Shown: in pieces, positions 18,439 through 29,000 of the stretch
Position numbering within the stretch: position 1 is the first letter of the stretch
Layout of the letters: each line of letters starts with the position of its first letter
Source: Hoyosella rhizosphaerae
GTDB lineage: Bacteria; Actinomycetota; Actinomycetes; Mycobacteriales; Mycobacteriaceae
Assembly: GCF_014643175.1 (NCBI RefSeq)
Contig: NZ_BMJH01000001.1
Coordinates: 1,474,209 to 1,538,208 of the forward strand
Direction of reading: 5' to 3'
Length of the DNA stretch: 64,000 nt
Translations under genes and position numbers: made by a program
The notes under the pieces: generated by a model
Databases searched by the model: none
Told to the model about the DNA's origin: nothing
Seen by the model: only the letters and a program-made list of their open reading frames with translations

Positions 18439-18614
18439 TGTCCCAGTGTTTCACCATAACCAGATCCGCGACGGCAGGAACCCACGATGGGACGCAGCAC
18501 CCGCAATATGGGTACAGCCGGTGGAGGTAGCGCAGGCACTCGTTCCTCATGGCAACTTATGGCGTGTTTGATACATCTGGTGTATCGAAATCACCATAAG
18601 TTTGCCCTAGGTCG

Positions 18615-19238
18615 TCATCGCAGCGCGTGGTAGCCCGCGATGATGCGGTGCGCTGCACTCGTCCCGACAACAATCGCCCACACCACGGCGATGTACCACC
18701 CCAGCATGGGAAATAGCAGCCAGAGGCTGTGCACAACAATGGTTTCTGCGCCTTCAGCGAGTCCACCGAGGAATGACAATGATCGCCCGTCGTCGAGGGT
18801 GCGGTCGTAGCGTTCGGCGATCGAGGAGAACGCCAGAAACGCCGCCCCGTTGATGTAGTAGGCCAGCAAGACAAGCAGAAACGGCCACATCGGTGCGTCG
18901 TAGGCGATCCCCACACCGATTGCTACACCTACAACGGTGCTGCCGTAGACGACAAAATCCGCTGTGATGTCGTAAAACCCACCGGCACCGCTACTGTGCC
19001 CTGTTCGGGCGGCACGGCGGCGAGCAAGCGGACCGTCGAGTCCGTCCGCGATGCGCGACGCTAGCCACAGCAGCAGGGCGATCGTCCACCATTGCAGAGC
19101 TGCAGTGACAGCACTGCCTAGCCCCAGGGTCAGACCAACGGTGGTGATGCGGTCCGGGGTGATCCAACTGCGGTCCAAGTAGGCGGCAACCACAGCGAGC
19201 GGTTGTTCCAGCTTTTCCCGAATCTGTGCGTCAAACAC
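18615..19238 (-). CDS. CDP-alcohol phosphatidyltransferase family protein
   Basis: Signature 'DGLDGPLARRRAARTGHSSGAGGFYDITAD' (D-G-x2-A-R...G-x3-D-x3-D) within a polytopic membrane protein. GTG start at 19238 overlaps the DedA stop by 8 nt; the ORF track starts at 19346. Confidence 0.7.
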   Translation of the reverse strand: MFDAQIREKLEQPLAVVAAYLDRSWITPDRITTVGLTLGLGSAVTAALQWWTIALLLWLASRIADGLDGPLARRRAARTGHSSGAGGFYDITADFVVYGSTVVGVAIGVGIAYDAPMWPFLLVLLAYYINGAAFLAFSSIAERYDRTLDDGRSLSFLGGLAEGAETIVVHSLWLLFPMLGWYIAVVWAIVVGTSAAHRIIAGYHALR

Positions 19239-19965
19239 GGTCCGGTTCCTGTCGTGAGCTAAGTTCTGGGCGCTTGTTCTGCATTCTCCTCGCCGCATAC
19301 CCGCCACCCACAGTGAGCACAATGAACGCGGCAATCGCTGCCGCAAATGGCCACGACAATGGTTGGGTGCCGAAAGCGCCCAACGCGACGTAGCTCATCA
19401 CTCCTGGGATTATGCCGAGCGCTGTGCCGAGGAAATAATGCCGGAACCGGATTCCACTGATCCCGCCCGCGTAATTGACCAGCCAAAACGGGAAAAGCGG
19501 CACGAGGCGGACGATAAGAACGGAGGCAAACCCTCGACGGCGCAGAAAGAGCACTGCAGTGGCGGTTTTGGGGCCCCCGTAGCGGCTCAGCGCATCAGCG
19601 CCGAGGTGCCTGCCGAGAATGTAGGCCAGTGACGCCGAGAGCATTGCCGCAGCAAACACCGCAGCGATTCCCCCCGCGAACCCGAACAGCACTCCCGCCG
19701 CAATGCTGAGCACACTTGCCGGGGTTGGTGTGAGACTTAGCCCCGCGTAGGCGAGAACAAACACCAGGACCCCCACAAGTCCGGCGGCGGCCACCCGGGC
19801 ACGAATTTCGTCAGCACTTGGAATATCGACAAACCAAGCGATGACGGCACCGATAATGAGCAATGCCCCCAGGATGGCGAGCTTCACCAGAGGTGACAGC
19901 TTGCGCTCGTTGACATCTTCTTCAGGCACTAAGTTCTCCTCGTAGGGTGAAGCGCTACGGAGCAA
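19231..19965 (-). CDS. DedA/TVP38 family membrane protein
   Basis: A polytopic membrane protein with the DedA core (..RLVPLFPFWLVNYAGG..). TTG at 19965 or GTG at 19929 as start. Confidence 0.75.
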   Translation of the reverse strand: MLRSASPYEENLVPEEDVNERKLSPLVKLAILGALLIIGAVIAWFVDIPSADEIRARVAAAGLVGVLVFVLAYAGLSLTPTPASVLSIAAGVLFGFAGGIAAVFAAAMLSASLAYILGRHLGADALSRYGGPKTATAVLFLRRRGFASVLIVRLVPLFPFWLVNYAGGISGIRFRHYFLGTALGIIPGVMSYVALGAFGTQPLSWPFAAAIAAFIVLTVGGGYAARRMQNKRPELSSRQEPDRV

Positions 19966-20079
19966 GTCGATAAACCAGTCTCGTATCGGGAAGGCTCCGA
20001 ACTACCCATAGTGTTCCCGCTTTACCGTGTCTCTGGCCACAATAGGGACATTGCGCTCGAATTTACCGAGGGAGTGAGC

Positions 20080-21312
20080 ATGACATCGGCGAGACGAACA
20101 CAGCGGGCTTTTGCGGCGGTGGCAGCGGGTGCGGTGTTGCTCACCGCCTGTTCCGCACCTGGGTCCGATGCCCCAGTGCCTGTCGAAGCAGACTGGGCCG
20201 AAGTGGAAGCAGCAGCGCAAGGCCAGACGGTGTCCCTATGGATGTGGGGCGGCGACGACCAGGGCAATACCTACGTAGACGACGTTCTCGCACCTGCCGT
20301 AGCCGAGGCTGGTGTGACGCTGCGCCGAGTACCCATTGCCGATACTGGCGAAGCGATTAACCGCATTCTTGCTGAACGACAAGCCAACATCACCGACGGT
20401 GACGTTGATCTGGTGTGGGTCAACGGCGATAACTTCGGCACCGGGAAGCAGGCTGGCGCATGGCTATGCGACTGGACTTCCCAATTGCCCAACATGGAAT
20501 TCACTGACCCCGAAGATCCGCTCCTGCTGTCAGATTTTGGTACACCGGTGGACGGGTGCGAAGCGCCCTGGCACAAAGCCCAGTTCACGCTTGTGTATGA
20601 CGCCGACAAGATCCCTGACCCGCCCTCAACGCTCAATGAAGTTCTGGAATGGGCCGAACAAAACCCAGGCCGATTCACCTACCCCGCGCCACCAGACTTC
20701 ACCGGATCAGTGTTTATCCGTGAAGTTCTGACCCGAGTGGCCGACGATGTGCCCTTGGAATACAGCCAAGACGCGTACGCACAACTAAGCCCGGCACTTT
20801 TTCAACGCCTCAATGAATTAGCGCCGTCATTGTGGCGGGAGGGTCGCACCTACCCGCAAACTAGCGAGGAACTGAACCAACTCTTCGCAGACGGCCAGGT
20901 CGACATGACCATGACGTATGGCCCAGCGACTCTCACTGATTTGGTTGATCGAGGGACTTTCCCTGCATCAACGCGCGTACTCACGCTCGAGGAAGGGACG
21001 GTCGGGAACGCGAGTTTCCTCGCCATCCCGTCAACATCCGGCAACACAGCCGGTGCGCGTGTTGTGGCGAACATTGCGTTGTCGCCTGAGCAGCAACTCG
21101 CGAAAGCACAACCGAATGTGTGGGGGCAATTCACCGTCCTCGACATATCGCGTCTAAACGCGGAGGACCGGGAAGCGTTCGAGAACCTCCCCGCTTCACC
21201 AATCGTGCCAAGTTACGAAGAACTGTCCCGCAACGCCCGCCCCGAATTGGGCACCGCATGGGTACCAGCGCTTGACGAAGGTTGGCGGCGCAACGTGCTC
21301 GCGGGACGATAA
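20080..21312 (+). CDS. ABC transporter substrate-binding lipoprotein (PotD/Fe3+-type SBP fold)
   Basis: ATG at 20080 with GGGAGTGAG RBS. Lipoprotein signal '...AVLLTACSAP', then a ~400-aa periplasmic-binding-protein-like body. First gene of a four-gene ABC importer operon. Confidence 0.8.
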   Translation: MTSARRTQRAFAAVAAGAVLLTACSAPGSDAPVPVEADWAEVEAAAQGQTVSLWMWGGDDQGNTYVDDVLAPAVAEAGVTLRRVPIADTGEAINRILAERQANITDGDVDLVWVNGDNFGTGKQAGAWLCDWTSQLPNMEFTDPEDPLLLSDFGTPVDGCEAPWHKAQFTLVYDADKIPDPPSTLNEVLEWAEQNPGRFTYPAPPDFTGSVFIREVLTRVADDVPLEYSQDAYAQLSPALFQRLNELAPSLWREGRTYPQTSEELNQLFADGQVDMTMTYGPATLTDLVDRGTFPASTRVLTLEEGTVGNASFLAIPSTSGNTAGARVVANIALSPEQQLAKAQPNVWGQFTVLDISRLNAEDREAFENLPASPIVPSYEELSRNARPELGTAWVPALDEGWRRNVLAGR

Positions 21313-21317
21313 CCCAC

Positions 21318-22148
21318 GTGAACACAACGACGCGCGGGACGTTGTTGCTTCTCCCTGCGGTGATACCAACATTTGTGGTGATCACCGCAGGGCTCGGCAC
21401 AGTGACGTTGCAAGCGTTTGGTCTCATGCCGCTCGTCGGTGATCCCGAACTGAGTTGGGCTTCATTCGACAAGCACGGCGCGGACATCGTCCGTGGCACG
21501 GCACTATCGCTAGGAATAGCGTCCGCATCAACCGTAATTTCGGCGATCGTTGGTATGGCCGCAGCACTGGCAATCCTCGCGAATAGTCGTGTCGTCGCCG
21601 CGCTCGCCGCCCTGACCATCCCCGTGCCGCACCTGATTGGGGCGGCAGCAATGGGGTTACTCCTCGCCGATGCTGGGCTCCTCACACGTCTATTTGGGAT
21701 CGATTCCGCAGCGTGGCCGCAACTCGTCGGGGGCACCTGGTGGGTGGCTGTCATTGCTGAGTTTGCGTGGAAAGAATCAGCTTTCGTTGCCCTTGTCGTG
21801 GCGGGCACACTCGCCACACGCGTGCACCACTACGGCGAAGCAGCCGCAGTTCTTGGGGCTGGGCGCGTACATCGATTTCTGTACGTGACCCTGCCCCTCG
21901 CAGTTCCTGCACTTGCCGCGGCTTGTTTGATCACTTTCGTCTATTCGTTCGGTTCTTTCGAGGTAGCACGGCTCCTAGGCCGGCCTTATCCAGAACCGCT
22001 CCCAGTCATGGCGGTACGACTGTTCGCGTCGATAGACCTTGCAGCGCGCGCCGACGCCGCCGCCGTCGCATTCGTTTCAGCAACCTTGTGCGTAGCCACA
22101 CTCGTTGTTGCCTTGCGCTTTCTCCGCAGGTCCACGCTATGGCGATGA
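21318..22148 (+). CDS. ABC transporter permease (BPD_transp_1)
   Basis: Six TM helices with an EAA-like loop. GTG at 21318 lies 6 nt after the SBP stop. Confidence 0.8.
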   Translation: MNTTTRGTLLLLPAVIPTFVVITAGLGTVTLQAFGLMPLVGDPELSWASFDKHGADIVRGTALSLGIASASTVISAIVGMAAALAILANSRVVAALAALTIPVPHLIGAAAMGLLLADAGLLTRLFGIDSAAWPQLVGGTWWVAVIAEFAWKESAFVALVVAGTLATRVHHYGEAAAVLGAGRVHRFLYVTLPLAVPALAAACLITFVYSFGSFEVARLLGRPYPEPLPVMAVRLFASIDLAARADAAAVAFVSATLCVATLVVALRFLRRSTLWR

Positions 22149-22918
22149 AACCATCCAAGCGGTTCGGCCGCGCATTCCTCGTTGTATGGTTCGCACTACC
22201 TTTCGTTCCGCTGATCTTGTGGGCAATGGCAAACCAATGGTCGTTCCCGGCCATACTTCCGCAGCAATGGGGACTTAACGGTGCACGCACCGCGATTAAC
22301 GCCGGCGCCGCTGATGCCTTCGTCGCCTCCACGGTGTTGGGGTTAACTGTGGCAGCGTTGGCGACGCCACTGGGCGTGCTCGCAGGCAGAGCGTTAGCTC
22401 TCTATTCGGTTCCGTTCCGCGGTGCGTTCGCCATCGTGCTTCTCACACCGCTCGCATTTCCACCATTCGCCGTCGCAATGGGGCTCGATGTACTGCTGTT
22501 GCGCGTCGGAGTACCCGGATTCGCCGGTGTGGTGCTCATCCTCACCGTCATCGCAATCCCGTACACCACCTACATCATGCGGGTCGGGTTCGGTGCCTAC
22601 GATGTTCGGTACGAAGAAGAAGCGCAGACACTGGGAGCGTCAAAGTTGTTCCTCATGCGCCACGTCCAGTTGCCGCTGCTGGCACCACCGATAGCCACAG
22701 CAGCGTTCTCGGCATTTCTCGTCGGCTGGACCGATTACATCGTCACATTGCTGATCGGTGGAGGAAGGCTCGTCACCGTTCCCATTCTCGTTGGCTCGTT
22801 CGCGGCTGGAACTGGCAATCAAGCCGTCACCTCGGCGTTGTCCGTGGCGGCAATCGTCCCACCGTTGCTATTGCTCGTTGCGGTACTGAAGTTTCGAGGA
22901 AAGGCCGTAACCCGTTGA
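22139..22918 (+). CDS. ABC transporter permease (second subunit)
   Basis: 'MAMKPSKRF...' with 6 TM helices. Its start overlaps the stop of the previous permease. Confidence 0.8.
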   Translation: MAMKPSKRFGRAFLVVWFALPFVPLILWAMANQWSFPAILPQQWGLNGARTAINAGAADAFVASTVLGLTVAALATPLGVLAGRALALYSVPFRGAFAIVLLTPLAFPPFAVAMGLDVLLLRVGVPGFAGVVLILTVIAIPYTTYIMRVGFGAYDVRYEEEAQTLGASKLFLMRHVQLPLLAPPIATAAFSAFLVGWTDYIVTLLIGGGRLVTVPILVGSFAAGTGNQAVTSALSVAAIVPPLLLLVAVLKFRGKAVTR

Positions 22919-23946
22919 GCACCACACTCGAACTACGTGACGTAACAAAAACGTATGCCGACACCGTCGTCATCGACGCCATCAACCTCACTGTGAACGC
23001 CGGGGAATGCGTCGCAATCCTGGGACCGTCTGGCGTCGGAAAATCCACCATTCTTCGGCTCATTGCTGGGCTGGACGAGCCAACCGCAGGATCAGTACGC
23101 CTCGGTGAGACAACGATCGACACTCAACCCGCCGAGGAGCGAGGCGTCGGTCTCATGTTTCAACAACCACTCCTTTTCCCGCACCTCGATGCGATCGATA
23201 ATGTCGCTTTCTCGGCCCGCGCCGCAGGGAAAAGTAGGCGCCAGGCGCGTGAACACGCCCAAAAATATCTTGACCTCGTCCAACTCGGCGGCTACGCCCA
23301 CCGCCGATCCACAGAACTATCAGGTGGCCAAGCACAACGTGTAGCACTTGCCCGTGCACTCGCCGCACAACCGCGAGTGCTTCTGCTCGACGAACCATTC
23401 AGTGCTCTCGACCCGCAACTTCGAGCTGAGATGCACTCCTTGCTACGCACAATTCGCCGTGAGCTCAACCCCACCGTGCTGCTGGTGACCCACGACCAAC
23501 ACGAAGCATCCGTACTCGCTGACCGCATCGCAATTCTTCTCGACTCCCGCCTCGCGCAGGTAGCAGCACCCCACGAGATCTACAGCCGACCCGCATCCTT
23601 GGAAGTCCACCGCATGATGGGCGGACTTAACGTCATACCAGGCGACCACGACGGCACCTACCACCACAGCAGCATGGGACGGCTCGAAGTGCCCACCTGC
23701 GAGGAAAACACACCGTCAACTCTTGTTTTTCGCCACGAATCCGTCACCGTCACACCGCCCCCAGGTGATGTCACCGCCCAGATCACCGAAATAACACACA
23801 TTGGTGCCCGCCAACGCCTCACCCTCCGCGCCAACAACACAACGCTGCACGCCGACACACCACCAACAACCTCCGTGGCAGTCGGCGACACCGTAGGCCT
23901 GCACATCCCACTCGACGCACGGCACACCATCCGAACCACGCCTTGA
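22915..23946 (+). CDS. ABC transporter ATP-binding protein (PotA/FbpC-like with C-terminal TOBE-like domain)
   Basis: Walker A 'GPSGVGKST', signature 'LSGGQAQRVALARAL', Walker B 'LLLDEPFSALD'. TTG start overlaps the permease stop. Confidence 0.85.
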   Translation: MSTTLELRDVTKTYADTVVIDAINLTVNAGECVAILGPSGVGKSTILRLIAGLDEPTAGSVRLGETTIDTQPAEERGVGLMFQQPLLFPHLDAIDNVAFSARAAGKSRRQAREHAQKYLDLVQLGGYAHRRSTELSGGQAQRVALARALAAQPRVLLLDEPFSALDPQLRAEMHSLLRTIRRELNPTVLLVTHDQHEASVLADRIAILLDSRLAQVAAPHEIYSRPASLEVHRMMGGLNVIPGDHDGTYHHSSMGRLEVPTCEENTPSTLVFRHESVTVTPPPGDVTAQITEITHIGARQRLTLRANNTTLHADTPPTTSVAVGDTVGLHIPLDARHTIRTTP

Positions 23947-24090
23947 TGCGGGAATAACCGCCCCGATAACCGGTACCGAGGGCTCAGGGTCGGGCAGTGC
24001 AATAAACTTAACGGCGCCAATGGTGCGCGCCCGACACGACCACACACTAAGACGCCCCTTCTAGCGCAGCATTCGATACACGGGAGATCG

Positions 24091-24978
24091 ATGAAGAGAT
24101 ATCAACACCGCCGAATCATCATCTGGTCGTCAGCATTGGCGCTCTACGTAGCGTGCGTTGTCGGTGTTTTTCTCGACAATCAGATTCTTGTGTGGCTGCT
24201 GGTGATCGGCGTATTCATTCCGGTGGTCATTCTGTATGTGCTTCTGGTTCGCCGGGAACATAAGTATGAGAAGCGATGGCTGATGATGCCTATCGGCGCC
24301 TCACCATCTGAACGCGGCGGTCTCATTGCCGACTCAGCATCTGTGCTCTCCGGCGTCGAACCGCGTAAGCCACCGCCAAAAAGGATCATCAAGGACACAG
24401 TCGAGGCGCTCGCCGCTGTGTTCTTAGCGGTTATTCTCGCGATAGCGACACTTGTCTGGGTTCATTGGCACCCGGAGGACGCGAATGAATTTAGGGCGCT
24501 CTGGACGAGATGCGACCGCGATGCCTCCCAGGTCACCACACTGCCAGTGGACCAGAGCGTGACTGCTAGCGGCGCGACAGTAGTCGTGCATAGAGTGACC
24601 TATAACGTGCCGCAAACCTCCAGAAGGCCGACGAGTGACAGTCGCGGGTACCGCTGCGAGAAGGCAACACTCATTGAGCTATCAGTTCATGACCCATCGC
24701 CGGATCGATTCAACCTCAGCCGGTTCGTTTTCCAGACCGACGATGATCCAGCAACCCTGTCCCCACGGTACAAAACTGACGAGTACGACCACTACATCGA
24801 AACCGAAGACTTACCGCTCCTCCAGTACACCCTCAGCGGCGGAACGAACCAGGAGCGCAGATGGCTCGTTTTCGCAGTAGCCGAGGACAACTCAAACGTG
24901 GGAAGCGTGCTCGTCTTCAACGAATACGAGGAAGATTTGGAGAAAGCATCCATCGCGCTTCCAGATCCACCTGAATAG
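24091..24978 (+). CDS. Hypothetical membrane-anchored protein (lower-GC gene)
   Basis: Two N-terminal TM helices, a third hydrophobic segment, and a ~170-aa C-terminal soluble domain. Local GC is ~50% against ~63% for neighbouring genes. Confidence 0.5.
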   Translation: MKRYQHRRIIIWSSALALYVACVVGVFLDNQILVWLLVIGVFIPVVILYVLLVRREHKYEKRWLMMPIGASPSERGGLIADSASVLSGVEPRKPPPKRIIKDTVEALAAVFLAVILAIATLVWVHWHPEDANEFRALWTRCDRDASQVTTLPVDQSVTASGATVVVHRVTYNVPQTSRRPTSDSRGYRCEKATLIELSVHDPSPDRFNLSRFVFQTDDDPATLSPRYKTDEYDHYIETEDLPLLQYTLSGGTNQERRWLVFAVAEDNSNVGSVLVFNEYEEDLEKASIALPDPPE

Positions 24979-25316
24979 CATCACGACCGCACAGAAAGTG
25001 GGTTGGGGCGGTGCGCCGCTGACGCTGCCATCCCCGCAAAAAGTTCCGGAATACGTTAGGCGCCCCACCGGGTTCCCCAACCGACCGCTCCCACATCCAC
25101 TGGTGGGTGATGCTCAGCCCCGAAACCTGGTGGCGCTACCTAAAATCCGCGTTCAAGGCTAGGCAAGGAAAAATCACCGGGCACCCACTCCAAGCTCCAG
25201 GGCTTGCGATCCTCGGACGGGACGGCACCATCAACTACCTCCACCGCGGCCACACCCTCGGGCACTATCCACCCATCAAGGATGTTCTCGCCACCGTCAC
25301 CAGTTAGCCCGATAAA

Positions 25317-25970
25317 TCAATGGTGGCGGGTTACATACCGAACTCCACCCGCCACCAACACCGCCAACACAGCAACACCCGTCACCACAAAAATCGCCAC
25401 ACCAGGGTTGTTGCGCGCCACCCCACCCGCAACCGCACCAACCGTCACGTAACTACCCACCCAACCCGTACTGCCCGCGCCCCACCACACAAATAACTTA
25501 CGAAACCGCACACCCATCGCACCCGCAGTAAACGGCGTAATGGCAAACAACACCGGCACAAACACCGCCAACATCATCGTCGGGCCACCAGCACTGCCTC
25601 GCAGATACCGCTCAGCCCTGGCCCACCGTGCTTCCCCGACCCAACGGCCCACCGCCGTCCCCTTGATGCGCCACCCCACCGTGTGCCCCAACCAGAACGA
25701 CAACGAGGCGCCAACTAAACACCCCACAACCCCAGCAACCACCACGATCGCCCACTCGCCGAGGCCGGAAACTGTCGTCCCAGCAAGGAGGACTGACACA
25801 TCTCCGGGCAAAAGCAACCCAATCAAAAATGTGGTTTGGACTATCAGCAAAGCGAATAACACAGCCCCAACAACCATTGGGTTTTGGCCAGCGAGCACAT
25901 CAAACATGTCCGCTATACGCTGGCCACCGAAACCCGTCATATCCCCAATGCTTACACGGATCTTCGCCAC
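25317..25970 (-). CDS. DedA family membrane protein
   Basis: 'LLPGDVSVLLAGTTVSG' matches the DedA signature, in a polytopic membrane protein. It lies immediately downstream of the giant ATPase gene on the same strand. Confidence 0.7.
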   Translation of the reverse strand: MAKIRVSIGDMTGFGGQRIADMFDVLAGQNPMVVGAVLFALLIVQTTFLIGLLLPGDVSVLLAGTTVSGLGEWAIVVVAGVVGCLVGASLSFWLGHTVGWRIKGTAVGRWVGEARWARAERYLRGSAGGPTMMLAVFVPVLFAITPFTAGAMGVRFRKLFVWWGAGSTGWVGSYVTVGAVAGGVARNNPGVAIFVVTGVAVLAVLVAGGVRYVTRHH

Positions 25971-26012
25971 ATGCGCGCGGGAATCTAGACCTCGGGCGGA
26001 GTAGAAAACTTC

Positions 26013-29000
26013 CTATTCCGCAGAGTTTGCTCGCAATGCCGCTTCGATTCCGCCTACGCGATCGGCAAGCAAACCAACGGCCCCGACCGCGCGCGCCATC
26101 GGGTCGTCTTCGGCACCACCCAACGCTTGAGCACGCAGATAGCCCGCCTTCACGTCCGCCCACCGCTGCTGTTGTTGGTCCGTCAGCCGACCTCGCAGTT
26201 CGCCCAGCTTGAGCAGGTTTGCTTCGGCTCCGGCGGTGAGTGTTTGGGCTTCGCCCAAATAGTGGTCGTCGATGATCGCTTCGAGCTCTTCTTGATTCAG
26301 CACTGGCGAAATGCGTTCGGCTAGCTTCGCCATGTTGCGGTAGGAACCTTGCAGCTGGAATGGCGGTTCGGTGCGGTTGGCTTCCGCTGTCGCAGCCGAG
26401 GCAATGTATGTCTGGTTGACGGCCAGCAACGTCTTTTGGACGTGGATCATTTTTTGGAGCACGGCCAGGATTTCGTCGAGTTCAGTTGCGGAGTACGGGT
26501 GAGCCAGCTGGTCTGGCTGCACGGTGGTGTCGCCCTGCGCAAGCCTGATGAGCAACCCTAGGTCGCCACGTTCACGGGTAGAAAGTGGAGTGAGTACGGG
26601 GTTTGATGTGAGGGCGTTTTCTAGGTAGCTAAGGGCGAAGAGTTCTTCTTTGCCAGAGAGGACGTCGCCGAGGTTCCAGACGTCGGCGCGGTTCGCGAGC
26701 ATGTCGGGGATGCGGAAGCGTTTACCCTGCTCGGTGTAGGGGTTACCTGCCATGCATACCGCGAATCGCTTGCCCCGCATGTCATAGGTGCGGGTTCGAC
26801 CGTTCCATACACCTTCCATTCGCCGCTGAGCGTCACAGAGGGAGATGAACTTTTGCAGCAGTTCTGGGTTGGTGTGTTGAATGTCGTCGAGGTAGAGCAA
26901 TACGTTGTTGCCCATTTCGAGGGCAAAGTTGATTTTTTCGACCTCTTGGCGGGCAGTCGCGTTGGGTGCGTCGGCGGGGTCCACTGAGGTGACATAGTGC
27001 CCCAAGGCAGGGCCGTTGACCTTCACGAACACGACCCCGAGCCGATTCGCGACGTACTCCATCAGGGTTGTCTTGCCATATCCGGGCGGTGAAATGAGGA
27101 GAAGAAGCCCCGATTGATCGGTGCGGCGGCTGTCGCCTGTGGTGCCGAGCTGTTTGGCGAGGTTGTCACCGATAAGCGGCAAGTACGCTTCGTCGAGGAG
27201 CCTGTTTCGAACGAAGCCACTCATGACGGTGGGTTTGTATTCGTCGAGACGCAGTCTGCGACGTTCAGCGGCAACGAGCTCATTGCGTCGCTGCTGGAAG
27301 TGCCGGAACCCTGGGACGCGATGTGCACGGAAGCTTCGAGTGCGGGCGAGAAGTTCATCGAGCCTGAAGGTGAGTTTCCGGCTAGCTATACGCGGGTGTG
27401 CGCCGAGCATCGGTTCGGCGGTGCCGTCGAGTGAGGCCGCGGATTCGTATCTCTCAGTGCTGGTGCCGCATACTTCGATCGCGATGGCTTCAGCGAGGTC
27501 ATGTGCGTGTTCCGTGTCGCCTTCGGAGGCAAGGTAGGCGGACAGCCATGCACGGACGAGTTGGAATCGCGCTGTGGTGTCGTCACCGAGTGCGCGCAGG
27601 TCTGCGTCGTAGTCGTGGCGTGACTTCGCTGCGGATCCGCCTAATGCCCGGTGGAACCTGTCGACGAGTGTGCGAGCGCCGACGCTGGTGACGAATCGTG
27701 CGGTGCCGCTGGCTAATTCTTCGAGGAGGTACTCGCCGATGAGTTCGGTGTCCAACGCGCTGTAGGGCAATTCTGAGTCGGCGATGAACTGTTGAGCTGC
27801 GGTCGCAAGTTCTGCTGCGAGGGCGTCGATTTCTTCGGTTCGTCCAAACATGGCGCGAGCACGTGAGAGTGACGCCGCCCGCCTGGTCCACCGCGTTTGT
27901 GCATCGCTTTGGGCGCCGTATGTCCAGAATATTTGGGCGGCTGCTCGCGCTTCCGGCGGGTAACGCAGTAGCCCAGCCCCCGCGTAGAGACGCATGATTT
28001 CGGCGAGGATGCGGGTGGTGTCGTGATCGTGGACGCCTCGCTCGTATCCTTCGTCATATCGAGTTTCTGCGGCTCGCCGAACGACGTTGGATAGTTCATT
28101 GTCATCCACTGCAGTTTCGATGAGGGTGTCGACTGTGCCCGCCGACACTGCCTCGGCAAGCAGCAGTGATGCCAAGTATTCGCCGCGGTATACCTGCGGC
28201 GTTTCGGAGACCAGCAGCTGGTCCCAGTACGGCTTGGTGGCGGCGAACTCTGGGTCACCGACATCGGAGCGGTAGTCGGTTCCGGTGACGGCAAAGGACA
28301 TCGCGGTAGAACCATCGACGGTGTGTGGCACGAGCGTGAGGTCGATGGCTTGGGTGTTGACAGCGAACTGGTGTCGCCCAAGCTTGATGGTGTCCCCACC
28401 TGCGCCGTAAAGGTCCTGCCGATCGCGAAGTGCGCGGCCCGCTTCCTGCCGCGCAGCCTTAATGCGGCCGTCGATTTCCTCTGCTCGGACAGTGTCGCCG
28501 ATTCCTCGGAGCTCTCCCGCGAGGCTTCGAAGTTTGGCGACCATAGGGTCTGATGCGAAGTAGGTATTGACCTCGTCGACGGTGTCCATTCCCGACACTC
28601 GACGGGTGACGGACCCGAGGATTCGTTGGGCCGAGTCGACGAGGCGATCTGCGCGGCGTGATCGATCGTCAAGCAGGGCCTGTTTGCGGGAGGAGAAAGC
28701 CTCGTAGACGTCTTCGCGTTTGGTGCTGAGTTCGTCGAGAAAGTCGTCGAACTCACTGAAGCGCGATTCGAGGTTCTCCAGCTGGAGAAGGAGTCGTCCC
28801 AGCTGCTCGTCACAGGCGTCCGGGGTGTCCGCGACGGCAAGCGCCCCGGTGATTGCTTGTCCGAGTAGGCCAAACTCCGCGGCGAATTCCGCGCGCCCTT
28901 CCCTGGTGAGGAGTTCTTTCCTGCGAGACTCAACGGTGGCGCGGGCACGGTTTACACCGGCAATGACTTCGCTGATGCGCTCAAGAATGTTTGTTCGTAC

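Noticed and set aside
18124-18459. Plus-strand 111-aa ORF fully overlapping the minus-strand hypothetical 18106..18438
   Set aside because: Only one can be real. The plus frame is His/Pro/Leu-rich with little protein-like character, so I retained the minus frame at low confidence.
21131-21817. 228-aa minus-strand ORF across the SBP/permease junction of the ABC importer
   Set aside because: It is antisense to two coupled, motif-supported transporter genes and has an Ala/Arg-rich composition.
27713-28948. 411-aa alternative-frame ORF inside the giant ATPase gene (same strand)
   Set aside because: It is a Ser/Pro/Arg/Thr-rich low-complexity translation of an off frame within a strongly supported 1663-aa reading frame.
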